DNA of 64,000 nt from Eubacteriales bacterium (GTDB taxonomy: Bacteria > Bacillota > Clostridia > Oscillospirales > CAG-272): assembly GCA_045629725.1 (NCBI GenBank), contig JAZQRT010000015.1, positions 4,189 through 68,188 of the forward strand. Reading direction: 5' to 3'. Below are positions 17,591 to 25,849 of the stretch, one piece after another. Made by a program: the position numbers and the translations under genes. The notes under the pieces are model-generated. The model was given only the letters and a program-made list of their open reading frames with translations. It had not been told where the DNA came from and searched no databases. The stretch's first letter is position 1. Each line of letters opens with the position of its first letter.

Positions 17591-17765
17591 TGAAAACAAA
17601 ACGGGTACACAACCTTTGTTGCATACCCGATATTTTTAATTCCTGCGATCATATTTTGATCTTTACTTGATCTTTAAATCTTCCTACGCCGGTATTATCC
17701 GTATCAGGTTAAAGGGTTCGGTTTCCCGTCTCAGCTAAGGCAACTGCCGTCGCACCCCTGATTTT
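17591..17765 (-). promoter_or_regulatory. TPP (THI-box) riboswitch with terminator expression platform
   Basis: Minus strand reads CAGGGGTGC...CTGAGA...ACCCTTTAACCTGATACGGATAATACCGGCGTAGGAAG. Further on, GGGTATGCAAC-aaag-GTTGTGTACCC is followed by GTTTTGTTTT. Confidence 0.9.
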
Positions 17766-17782
17766 CATTTAATTGTAGATTG

Positions 17783-17811
17783 ATTATACACCTAAATTGA
17801 TGATTTGTCAA
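17783..17811 (-). promoter_or_regulatory. promoter of the TPP riboswitch-thiT-thiN unit
   Basis: Minus strand reads TTGACA, 17-nt spacer, TATAAT. Confidence 0.7.
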
Positions 17812-17825
17812 GAGAATATTTATTT

Positions 17826-18776
17826 TTATCCCGGTCCAAGAATTTTTTCATAAATAACAATCTCGATCTTCGTCACTTCTTCCATGCCGACTAGCTCCTT
17901 GAATATTTCAAAGGTAAACTCGTCGACATTGTGATTATATCGCGAGGACAAACTCGATGCTCTTGAGAGAAATCTGATTCTTGTGCAGCCGTATTCCTCA
18001 TCCCAATACACCAAAAAATTCAAATTTCCAACTTCCTCCGAAGTCAGTGATTTTCCGTATACTCTAAACTCCAATTCATAATTAAAATATTGGTCATAAA
18101 AGTATTTATATTTTTCGCAAAACTCGTTAAAAATACCTTCTATATCCTTTTCTTCATCTATCGGATTTTGAACTGTATAACCGTAATTCTTCGGCTTCCA
18201 TTTCAGTTCTTCAAGAACTATTTCTGCCTTGGTAACGTTTTCTATTTCAAGGGCTTCCTTAAACATCTCATAAGAAAACCGGTTGAGGAGCTTTATACCA
18301 TCCGCACTAACTGAACTCGGCACAAATCTGAGATTTATATAGCCTTTCTCAAGATACCACACATTGACAAAAACCAAATCACCTACAAAATAATTGCTGT
18401 CTAAATCATTTCCGTATAGTCTAAACTCCAACTGAAAATCAAGTCCCTTTTCAAAAAGTTCCTTATATTTTTCGCAAAATTCCGAAAATATCACTTCAAG
18501 ATTTTCTTCTTTATCAAAAGGCTTTTCGATCACATAGCTTCTGCCACTGAATTCCTCGGTTTCATCAGTAATTGTGGTTTCTTCGGAAGTAGGAGTGACG
18601 GTAATATCTGTATCGGGTTCCTTTGTTGTAGTCGGAACGGGTGTCGGAACATATGAAGCCGACACTGAGCCTTCCGTGCTCGTGGGCTCAGGAGTGGGTA
18701 CGGTGTTCACGTTACAGCTTGAAAGCATTGTTAGTAACGCAACGCAAAGTAACAACATTGAAATCGTTTTTTTCAT
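17826..18776 (-). CDS. lipoprotein of unknown function with two tandem ~115-aa repeat domains
   Basis: The signal peptide has the lipobox LLTMLSSC. A Thr/Pro/Glu-rich linker follows, then two similar domains (FSEFCEKYKELF...LEFRLYG... and FNEFCEKYKYFY...LEFRVYG...). Confidence 0.6.
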   Translation of the reverse strand: MKKTISMLLLCVALLTMLSSCNVNTVPTPEPTSTEGSVSASYVPTPVPTTTKEPDTDITVTPTSEETTITDETEEFSGRSYVIEKPFDKEENLEVIFSEFCEKYKELFEKGLDFQLEFRLYGNDLDSNYFVGDLVFVNVWYLEKGYINLRFVPSSVSADGIKLLNRFSYEMFKEALEIENVTKAEIVLEELKWKPKNYGYTVQNPIDEEKDIEGIFNEFCEKYKYFYDQYFNYELEFRVYGKSLTSEEVGNLNFLVYWDEEYGCTRIRFLSRASSLSSRYNHNVDEFTFEIFKELVGMEEVTKIEIVIYEKILGPG

Positions 18777-18839
18777 TTTATCACTCCTTTATTTTTTTCC
18801 TACGTCAATAGTACCATAAAGTCTGATAGAAGTCAAGTT

Positions 18840-19754
18840 TTATCCTTTTACCGTTGTTGTAGAAAACATCACGGGCGCGCGCATAAGGAGGGGGCGAATT
18901 ACGGCGTATATACGGCGCGCATCGTCCTCGGGCAGGGGATTTTTGCCCCTTCCGCACTCAAGGGTAAGGCATGGGATCTTACACTCCCTTGTTACCCAAT
19001 CAAGAAGTCCACCCATTGATGCTGTGCCTTCGGTTCGGGATATGCGGTATCCCGTAAGCTTCGAGGCAAGACGGGCATTTTTCATAGACGCTTCAAGGGC
19101 ATAGCCTCGGCTTTCACAGTATATTTCCTCCCCCTGTGTGTGGAGGGAGATTATATTCCTCGGACGCTCGCTTCTGATATAGTGGCAAAGAGCAGCGCAC
19201 TCCGGCTCACTTTCGGGATATTCTCCCGAATATTTACTCCGAGCTCCGCCAAACAGTCCCATTTCATGCTCTATTCCCTTATAGTGGGCAAACATATCGT
19301 TATAGTTATGGTTCAGGTCAACTCCCCTGCCGTTTGCCTGCCAAGCGGTGAAATCATCACCTCCGCCATTCATACGTTTAAGACGGTCATACATAATATC
19401 GTCATGGGAAACACCCCTAACGCTTATCTCAACGCCGTCGGGATTCAGCATGGGAACAATATCCACCCTGCGGGTATTTACAAAAAGCTCCCTGTCAACG
19501 CCTCCGATCCTCTTGCCTTCACGAAGAAGCGCACTGACTTCCTTTATATATTCAAGGAGGAGCGCCGAGGTTATGCCCTCGGCACCGTGGTGTGCTCCGA
19601 CGTAAAGCACCTTTTTCTCTCCCTTGCCGATACTCACCATGGGGATCTCCCGACCTCTGTATGAACGCCCCACGGCTTTTACGGTTATATGCTCGCTTTT
19701 CGAATCAATGGCTTTAAGCTCGGACATCACTCTGTCCCACGTTATCCTCTCCAT
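18840..19754 (-). CDS. M14 family zinc peptidase (gamma-D-glutamyl-meso-diaminopimelate peptidase-like)
   Basis: The start is moved to MERITWDRV (ATG preceded by GGGGGA). Motifs are GAHHGAEGITS, PMLNPDG and SLHTQGEEIY. Confidence 0.8.
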   Translation of the reverse strand: MERITWDRVMSELKAIDSKSEHITVKAVGRSYRGREIPMVSIGKGEKKVLYVGAHHGAEGITSALLLEYIKEVSALLREGKRIGGVDRELFVNTRRVDIVPMLNPDGVEISVRGVSHDDIMYDRLKRMNGGGDDFTAWQANGRGVDLNHNYNDMFAHYKGIEHEMGLFGGARSKYSGEYPESEPECAALCHYIRSERPRNIISLHTQGEEIYCESRGYALEASMKNARLASKLTGYRISRTEGTASMGGLLDWVTRECKIPCLTLECGRGKNPLPEDDARRIYAVIRPLLMRAPVMFSTTTVKG

Positions 19755-19927
19755 CGCACAATCCCCCAAGGAAACAATTAGGTTAATTATTATTATGATA
19801 TGCAAAAAAGCTAATCGGCACCAAAAAAAAATACGTGTTTTCATTGTTTGGTTTTTAAAACGATTTTTCCGCCTTGAAATTTGTCATTATCCAAAACAGA
19901 GTAATTTCCTATTTAACAAAAAAGCTA

Positions 19928-19956
19928 TTGCATTTTATAGGATATTTTGATATAAT
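19928..19956 (+). promoter_or_regulatory. promoter of the HprK-like/PqqD operon
   Basis: TTGCAT, 17-nt spacer, TATAAT. Confidence 0.55.
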
Positions 19957-20014
19957 ATTGTTTATGTTGAGGATGGTATGCCCTACAGATCAAACGGCAT
20001 AAAAGGAGAGCACA

Positions 20015-20740
20015 ATGACAAAGCTGGACAGATACAGAATCGCTGAAACTGAGATCGGTATACGTTCACCCTATGAAGTACACCGAAGCTTTTGTAAGGA
20101 TTACGTATCAAGCGATAACGAAATACCCGAGCTTATTATCGACGTCACCGAGGAAGACATCAAAAAGGAGTTTTCCAATTACAAGACCTATACCCCCACC
20201 CCCGAGGGCGCTTCCCTTTCCCTTATTTTCAGAAAGCTTAGTGAGTATATCATAAAAAAAGGAGGCTTTATGATGCACAGTGCCGTCATTGAATACGGCG
20301 GACGTGCATACGCCTTTACGGCTCCCAGCGGAACGGGTAAATCCACACACATAAAAAATTGGAAAAAGCTTCTCGGCGATAGAATAAATATTGTCAACGG
20401 CGACAAACCCATCATCATACGCAAAAACGGTATTTTTTACGCCTGCGGAACGCCGTGGGCAGGAAAAGAAGGCTGGCAGAGAAACGTCTGTGTTCCCCTT
20501 GGCGGCATTTGCAGAATAAAAAGAGGCAGTGAAAATCGTATCCGAGGTTTAACCTCCGGAGATTGCGCCGAGATCGTTCTAGCAGCAACTTTCATTCCGA
20601 ACGAAACAGAACTTTTAGTGACCCTTTTAGATTCCGTGGATGAATTTTCCGCGTCGGTTCCGGCTTATGAGATTTATTGCACCGCAGATGAAATCTCCGC
20701 TGTAGTTTCGTTTGAAGCAATGACGGGAGATAATATATAA
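20015..20740 (+). CDS. HPr-kinase-like P-loop protein (HprK C-terminal-domain-like serine kinase fold; function unknown)
   Basis: 241 aa. A Walker A-like FTAPSGTGKSTH lies after a beta-rich N-terminal half. Its size and its pairing with a PqqD-like gene recall HprK-related kinases of peptide-modification cassettes. The call was made by eye only. Confidence 0.5.
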   Translation: MTKLDRYRIAETEIGIRSPYEVHRSFCKDYVSSDNEIPELIIDVTEEDIKKEFSNYKTYTPTPEGASLSLIFRKLSEYIIKKGGFMMHSAVIEYGGRAYAFTAPSGTGKSTHIKNWKKLLGDRINIVNGDKPIIIRKNGIFYACGTPWAGKEGWQRNVCVPLGGICRIKRGSENRIRGLTSGDCAEIVLAATFIPNETELLVTLLDSVDEFSASVPAYEIYCTADEISAVVSFEAMTGDNI

Positions 20741-20770
20741 ACAACAAAAACATATAAAAGGAGTGGCCTT

Positions 20771-21040
20771 ATGAAACTTAAAGAAACCTTTATCGTCAGA
20801 CACATGGGTGATAAATGCGTTGCAGTCCCCACAGGAAAGGTTAGCTTGACATTTAAGGGAATGATAACTCTCAGCCCTACCGCCGAGGTTCTTTTTAACC
20901 TTTTGAAAAAGGGTTGTGACGGGACCCTCGATCTTGCAAATGCTCTTTGTGCAGAATACGACGTAGATTTTGAAAAAGCTAAGTCAGACGCAGAAGCATT
21001 TGTTTCAAAGCTTGAAAGCGCGGGGCTCCTTGAGGACTGA
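20771..21040 (+). CDS. PqqD family protein (RiPP-recognition-element-like peptide chaperone)
   Basis: 89 aa. LSPTAEVLFNLLKKGCDGTLDLANALCAEYDVDFEKAKSDAEAFVSKLESAGLLED follows the PqqD winged-helix pattern. Confidence 0.7.
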   Translation: MKLKETFIVRHMGDKCVAVPTGKVSLTFKGMITLSPTAEVLFNLLKKGCDGTLDLANALCAEYDVDFEKAKSDAEAFVSKLESAGLLED

Positions 21041-21041
21041 C

Positions 21042-22013
21042 ATGAATAAAAAAAACATTTCTTTAATTATTTCGATAGTAATTACACTTGCCGTGGCCTT
21101 AAGCTGTGTTTTTATTTTAACAAGAAACAAGCCCAAAGACTTGACAAGTGAAAAAATAAACGAGCTTTACTCACAAAAAAGCAAAATTAATTACGAGATC
21201 GACAAATACCGAGTAAGACTTGAAGAACTCACCGTTACCAAAGCGGGGCTATTCATTTTATTTGAAAATCTTGAGGAAACACTTATAGAAAACGCTCTGC
21301 CCTTGCTCCAAGAAAACGAGGATTATAAAGCCATCGTTAAAGTATCTCCCGACGAATACCAAAACAGTATATTGCTGGACGAATTGGAAGAACAAGGGTG
21401 GGAATTTGCAATAGGCTTTGATGGAAATTATTCCTTTCCCGAAAGCGATAAGGATGCTGCCGCAGCACTTGAGGATCACATTGGTCTTTACAGTGAAAAC
21501 GGTAAAATCCCTTCCATCATCAGCTTTTCCTCGGGAAATGCAAGTTATCGCCGTGCATTTGACGAGGTTTTGGAAAAATATGATATTAAAGTAGTGATTG
21601 CTCCCAAAGTTTTTCTTGCGGGCGGCAACGAATTTCTTGATTATGATCACGAAACCGGTCTTTTGAAGATTCCCTGCGTTCCTTTTTCTGTTACAAATAC
21701 AGTTGAAGCCATAGTGAAAACTCACATAGCCTCTAATAAGCCTCTTGTTTTGTCAATCAAACATCTTGAAACCAACGTTTCCTCGAACTCCGATAAGCTT
21801 TCGGAGGAAAAATTCACACTTATGCTTGAATATATCGAGAAATATGACAAGCTGCACGTCGGAAACAGTTTGTCTTACAGAGAATTTATTGTCTCGGAAC
21901 ACTCAAAAAACATTGATGAGTACACAGATGTCCTGAAAAAAATCGAAGAATGCGAAAAAAAGATCGCATCAATCGATAAAGAAATAAACGAACTTATGGA
22001 TCCAAAAAAATAA
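21042..22013 (+). CDS. membrane-anchored protein of unknown function with coiled coils flanking a globular domain
   Basis: The start is moved to MNKKNISLIISIVITLAVAL (ATG 1 nt after the PqqD stop). One N-terminal TM helix, with heptad-like segments at both ends. Confidence 0.5.
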   Translation: MNKKNISLIISIVITLAVALSCVFILTRNKPKDLTSEKINELYSQKSKINYEIDKYRVRLEELTVTKAGLFILFENLEETLIENALPLLQENEDYKAIVKVSPDEYQNSILLDELEEQGWEFAIGFDGNYSFPESDKDAAAALEDHIGLYSENGKIPSIISFSSGNASYRRAFDEVLEKYDIKVVIAPKVFLAGGNEFLDYDHETGLLKIPCVPFSVTNTVEAIVKTHIASNKPLVLSIKHLETNVSSNSDKLSEEKFTLMLEYIEKYDKLHVGNSLSYREFIVSEHSKNIDEYTDVLKKIEECEKKIASIDKEINELMDPKK

Positions 22014-22018
22014 ATATT

Positions 22019-22540
22019 ATGAAAATTATCAATTATATTACCCGAGAAAAACTGATCTGCTTTTTTCTTATCGTTGCTATTTTGGCAACAATAATATTTA
22101 TTTTTTCTAACTCCTTAAAAAACAAAGCAGAGTCCTCTGTGGAAAGCTCCAATGTTGCAAGTACCGTAAAGCCGGTTATCGATCCTTCGAATAAGATCCC
22201 CTTCCAAACATTCGAGTATTTTGTTAGAAAATACGCCCACTTCCTTGAATTTATGCTTTTGGGAGCCGAGCTTTTCGCTCTCCTTTTTACACTTTCTAAA
22301 AGCAATCTAAAAAACATAAAGCTCACAGGATATTTATCCATACTTTTGATATCCACCCTTACAGCGCTTGGCGACGAAACACTGCAGATTGCCACAAACC
22401 GCGGCGCCGCTCTCACGGACGTATGGATAGATATTGCAGGATCATTTACAGGAACGGTTTTATGCTTCCTCTTCCTTATCTTCGTTTTATTCCTGACAAA
22501 ACGAATTCAATCAAAAAAAGTCATGTCCGATGGGGATTGA
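22019..22540 (+). CDS. VanZ-like family membrane protein
   Basis: 173 aa with FVRKYAHFLEFMLLG and LGDETLQ motifs and four hydrophobic segments. Confidence 0.65.
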   Translation: MKIINYITREKLICFFLIVAILATIIFIFSNSLKNKAESSVESSNVASTVKPVIDPSNKIPFQTFEYFVRKYAHFLEFMLLGAELFALLFTLSKSNLKNIKLTGYLSILLISTLTALGDETLQIATNRGAALTDVWIDIAGSFTGTVLCFLFLIFVLFLTKRIQSKKVMSDGD

Positions 22541-22608
22541 CAGGCGCAAGAAAAAAACATATAATAAATACGTTAATGTAGTATTTAATTTTCAGAAAGG
22601 TTAAAGTT

Positions 22609-23310
22609 ATGGAAAATAATAACAACAGTTACGAAATAAATCTTGAAAAAATAACCGATGTTTTCAGACAATTTTATATTTGGATTCTGCTTGCAGTCAT
22701 TCTTTTCGGTTCTCTTGCAGCAATATTTACGGAATTGTTTATTGCTGACACCTATTCCACCAGTGTTTCATTTTACGTTAAGGACAGCGAATCCTCATCT
22801 ACAACCACAACTCAGCAGTACAGCGCTGCAGACACCCACGTTTATACTTCAATGGCAATCCTCTCAGCGGGAGAATGCCATGAAACATTGGGCATAAAGG
22901 GAAAAGCTGTTTCAATTACTTCTACAAAAAAAGAAAAAACCCCCATGTTCATCGTTAAGGTTTCAGGAACAGATAAGTATGTAGCTTACGAGGTTGCTGC
23001 CATCATAAAAGACGAGCTGCCGGGATACGTTTTCTCAAAAACACAAACGGGAAGCCTCAGCGTTTATGACTTTACCGGCATTGATACAGTTCCCGACGGT
23101 CCCAATCTTATGAAAAACGTTGTTATTGCCGCATTTATTGGATTTGTACTTAGCTTTGCTTTCTTCTTCCTTCGTATAATCCTTGATACAGAAATACATT
23201 CGGAAGAAGATATTCGTTCCAATTACCCCTACCCGATTCTTGGTGCTATTCCTTCAATTACAGAGGAATCCCAATCTGAAGGCGGCTATTATTCATATCC
23301 AAGAAAGTGA
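22609..23310 (+). CDS. Wzz/CpsC-type polysaccharide chain-length determinant (BY-kinase transmembrane modulator)
   Basis: 233 aa with N- and C-terminal TM helices around a periplasm-like domain. It precedes and overlaps the kinase gene. Confidence 0.75.
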   Translation: MENNNNSYEINLEKITDVFRQFYIWILLAVILFGSLAAIFTELFIADTYSTSVSFYVKDSESSSTTTTQQYSAADTHVYTSMAILSAGECHETLGIKGKAVSITSTKKEKTPMFIVKVSGTDKYVAYEVAAIIKDELPGYVFSKTQTGSLSVYDFTGIDTVPDGPNLMKNVVIAAFIGFVLSFAFFFLRIILDTEIHSEEDIRSNYPYPILGAIPSITEESQSEGGYYSYPRK

Positions 23311-23327
23311 TTACGAAAGGAGAAGCC

Positions 23328-24116
23328 ATGATTAGAATATTCGATAAATTCAAGAAAAAGCCTAAGCGTCACGTTTCAACTCGAAACTACAAAAACAAAC
23401 TTCTCTCAAAGGACTCTCCCTTTGCAATGACAGAATCATTTAAAAAGCTGAGAACCAATCTCCTTTTCGCAGCGGCGGGCGCTGAATGTCCCGTTATTGC
23501 AATTACCTCTACATTTCAGGAAACCGGTAAATCCATTATTATAGCCAACCTCGCTATTTCCTTTGCTCAGCTTGAAAAAAAGGTTCTCGTCATTGACTGT
23601 GACCTTCGTAAACCTGCTCAGCACAAAATTTTTGGAATTGAAAACAATTCCGGACTTTCAAATCTCCTTGCCGGAATGTCCAATCAAGAGATAAGCATCA
23701 AAAAATTAAAGGAATACGACAATCTTTCACTGATCACCTCGGGAAATATTCCTCCCAATCCCGCTGAGCTTCTTGCTTCCGAAAGCATGAAAAAGCTTTT
23801 AAATGTACTTCGTCAAAAATATGATATCATACTCATCGACCTGCCACCTATCAGCATCGTTACAGATGCCGCCGTTGTTGCCAACATCGTTGATGGATAT
23901 CTTTTTGCGGTTCGTCTTGAACATGATGATACCAGCGCTGTTCAAGAAGCGATCAGAGCCCTTGAACAAACAGACGGAAAGATACTCGGCTTTGTTATCA
24001 ATGACGTTAATCCCAAGGCAGGAGGACGTTATTACAAAAATTACAACAGCAAATATTACCGTAATAAATACAAATATAATGACATTTACGAACATAGCGA
24101 AAATGATGACGATTAA
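23328..24116 (+). CDS. CpsD/CapB-type bacterial tyrosine kinase (BY-kinase catalytic subunit)
   Basis: Start at the ATG preceded by AAAGGAGAA. Walker A is TSTFQETGKS, followed by VIDCDLRKP. The C-terminal tail is Tyr-rich (YYKNYNSKYYRNKYKYNDIY). Confidence 0.85.
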   Translation: MIRIFDKFKKKPKRHVSTRNYKNKLLSKDSPFAMTESFKKLRTNLLFAAAGAECPVIAITSTFQETGKSIIIANLAISFAQLEKKVLVIDCDLRKPAQHKIFGIENNSGLSNLLAGMSNQEISIKKLKEYDNLSLITSGNIPPNPAELLASESMKKLLNVLRQKYDIILIDLPPISIVTDAAVVANIVDGYLFAVRLEHDDTSAVQEAIRALEQTDGKILGFVINDVNPKAGGRYYKNYNSKYYRNKYKYNDIYEHSENDDD

Positions 24117-24136
24117 AGCTATATCGGAGAGAAATC

Positions 24137-24832
24137 ATGCCAAATCTTATTGACTTTCACGCGCATATTCTTCCCGGAGCCGACCACGGCTCAAGATCCA
24201 GAGATACGTCGGTAAAGCAGCTTGAGCTTATAAAGAACACAGGAGCTGACACGGTTATCGCAACACCTCACTTCTATCCCTCAAACACAAAAGTTGAGGA
24301 TTTTCTCAAAAGACGAGAGTTCTGCTCGGAAAAACTTCTTGATTCCGAGGCTCCGAAAATGGGTGTGCGCGTCATTACAGGAGCAGAGGTTCTCGTTTGC
24401 GAGGGAATGGAAAGAATGACAAACCTTGAAAAGCTATGTATTCCCGGAACAAACACCATGCTTCTGGAATTGCCCGTTACAGAATGGACTGAGGGTCTTT
24501 TCGAAACTGTTGAACGTATCTCGGAGCGTCACACCGTCGTTCTTGCACACATTGACAGATACCCCCTTTCAGACGTTTTACAGTTCCTTGAATTTAAGAG
24601 CGTCTTCGCCCAAATGAATCCCGGAGAGCTCACAAAGCTTTTCCTTAACAAGAAGTATCTTGAGTTAATTGATAAGGGTTGGGTAGCAGCTCTCGGAAGC
24701 GACCTTCATTCTACAAACGAAAAGCAGACCGCCACTTTCAAAAAAGCTGTGAAAAAGCTCGGAAATGAGCGCATCAAAAAAATAATGACTCGCAGCGCCG
24801 AGCTTATAAAGGATGCTAAGTATCTGATATAA
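24137..24832 (+). CDS. CpsB/CapC-type PHP-family tyrosine-protein phosphatase
   Basis: 231 aa with N-terminal IDFHAHILPGADHGS. Confidence 0.85.
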   Translation: MPNLIDFHAHILPGADHGSRSRDTSVKQLELIKNTGADTVIATPHFYPSNTKVEDFLKRREFCSEKLLDSEAPKMGVRVITGAEVLVCEGMERMTNLEKLCIPGTNTMLLELPVTEWTEGLFETVERISERHTVVLAHIDRYPLSDVLQFLEFKSVFAQMNPGELTKLFLNKKYLELIDKGWVAALGSDLHSTNEKQTATFKKAVKKLGNERIKKIMTRSAELIKDAKYLI

Positions 24833-24926
24833 AAAGTCCAATAGGTATCTGCTTTAGAGCAGATTTTAAGTATTATCAAAAAATGTAGAGAACGACATCC
24901 TCAAAAATGATATAAACCGAACGATA

Positions 24927-24949
24927 CGGAAAGTCGAGGACGCCTGTCC
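24927..24949 (-). repeat. 23-nt GC-rich repeat, copy 1 (inverted relative to copy 2)
   Basis: The reverse complement GGACAGGCGTCCTCGACTTTCCG matches 59147-59169 at 22 of 23 positions. Confidence 0.8.
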
Positions 24950-24961
24950 ATACAAAAAAAT

Positions 24962-25003
24962 AAAAAGCACTTGCGGATATACTCCTCCCGCAAGTGCTTT
25001 TTA
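24962..25003. terminator. bidirectional intrinsic terminator
   Basis: AAAAAGCACTTGCGG-loop-CCGCAAGTGCTTTTT: a 10-bp GC-rich stem flanked by an A-run and a T-run. Confidence 0.8.
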
Positions 25004-25138
25004 TTATACCGTCATCAAGCCGCTCCCCTACCACAAATAATGGATAGCGGCACTCACAAATATAAATTTCCTTTTTATAAAGTTTTTTGATCAAAACTTT
25101 TTTACAAAAAAGTTTTGTGGGATTCGGGGCAACACCCT

Positions 25139-25172
25139 GAAAAAAGGGAGATTTTTACAAAAAGCTCCCCCT
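25139..25172 (-). terminator. intrinsic terminator of the his operon
   Basis: Minus strand reads GGGAG-cttttt gtaaaaat-CTCCC followed by TTTTTT, 9 nt after the hisIE stop. Confidence 0.7.
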
Positions 25173-25180
25173 TAAAAATA

Positions 25181-25831
25181 TTACTTCGTCATTTTTTCCT
25201 GTTTCACTTTGTGGTCGATAACGTGGCGGCTTGCAAGCTCGTCATGAATGTCCTCAAGGGAAATTCCCATCTGCACCATCATTACCATTACGTGATATGC
25301 AAGGTCTGCAATCTCGTAGATCGTTTCCTTTTTATCATCAGCCTTGGCAGCAATGATGACCTCGGTCGTTTCCTCTCCAACCTTTTTGAGTATCTTATCA
25401 ATTCCTTTTTCAAAAAGATACGTAGTATACGAGCCTTCCTTTTTCTCGGTCTTTCTGCCCTTAAGAAGCTCCATAAGCCCTTCAAGAGAGAATGAGTGAA
25501 GCTCCTCGCTTTCCCAAATGGGATTTTCAAAGCATGAAAACGTGCCGAGGTGACACGCAGGACCCTGAGGCTCTACTTCAACCGTAAGAGCGTCCTTGTC
25601 GCAGTCCGCAGTGATGGAAACCACCTTCTGATAGTTTCCGCTTGTTTCACCCTTTAGCCACAATTCTTGGCGTGAGCGGCTCCAGAAGCAGGTAAGTCCC
25701 TTCTCCATTGTAATTTCAAGGCTTTCGCGGTTCATATATGCAAGGGTCAATACCTTTTTTGATCTTGTATCTACTACAATGGCAGGAATAAGACCCTTTT
25801 CGTCAAATTTAAGTTCGTCTATGTTGATCAC
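25181..25831 (-). CDS. hisIE: bifunctional phosphoribosyl-AMP cyclohydrolase / phosphoribosyl-ATP diphosphatase
   Basis: 216 aa with a GTG start after AAAGGAGAG. HisI core is [16 protein letters not shown]. The HisE tail has TTYLFEKG...EE..E. Confidence 0.93.
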   Translation of the reverse strand: MINIDELKFDEKGLIPAIVVDTRSKKVLTLAYMNRESLEITMEKGLTCFWSRSRQELWLKGETSGNYQKVVSITADCDKDALTVEVEPQGPACHLGTFSCFENPIWESEELHSFSLEGLMELLKGRKTEKKEGSYTTYLFEKGIDKILKKVGEETTEVIIAAKADDKKETIYEIADLAYHVMVMMVQMGISLEDIHDELASRHVIDHKVKQEKMTK

Positions 25832-25849
25832 TGTAATCTCTCCTTTGCC

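Noticed and set aside
24876-25094. A 72-aa minus-strand ORF in the cps/his convergent gap.
   Set aside because: It spans a bidirectional terminator and the repeat element, and it has no RBS.
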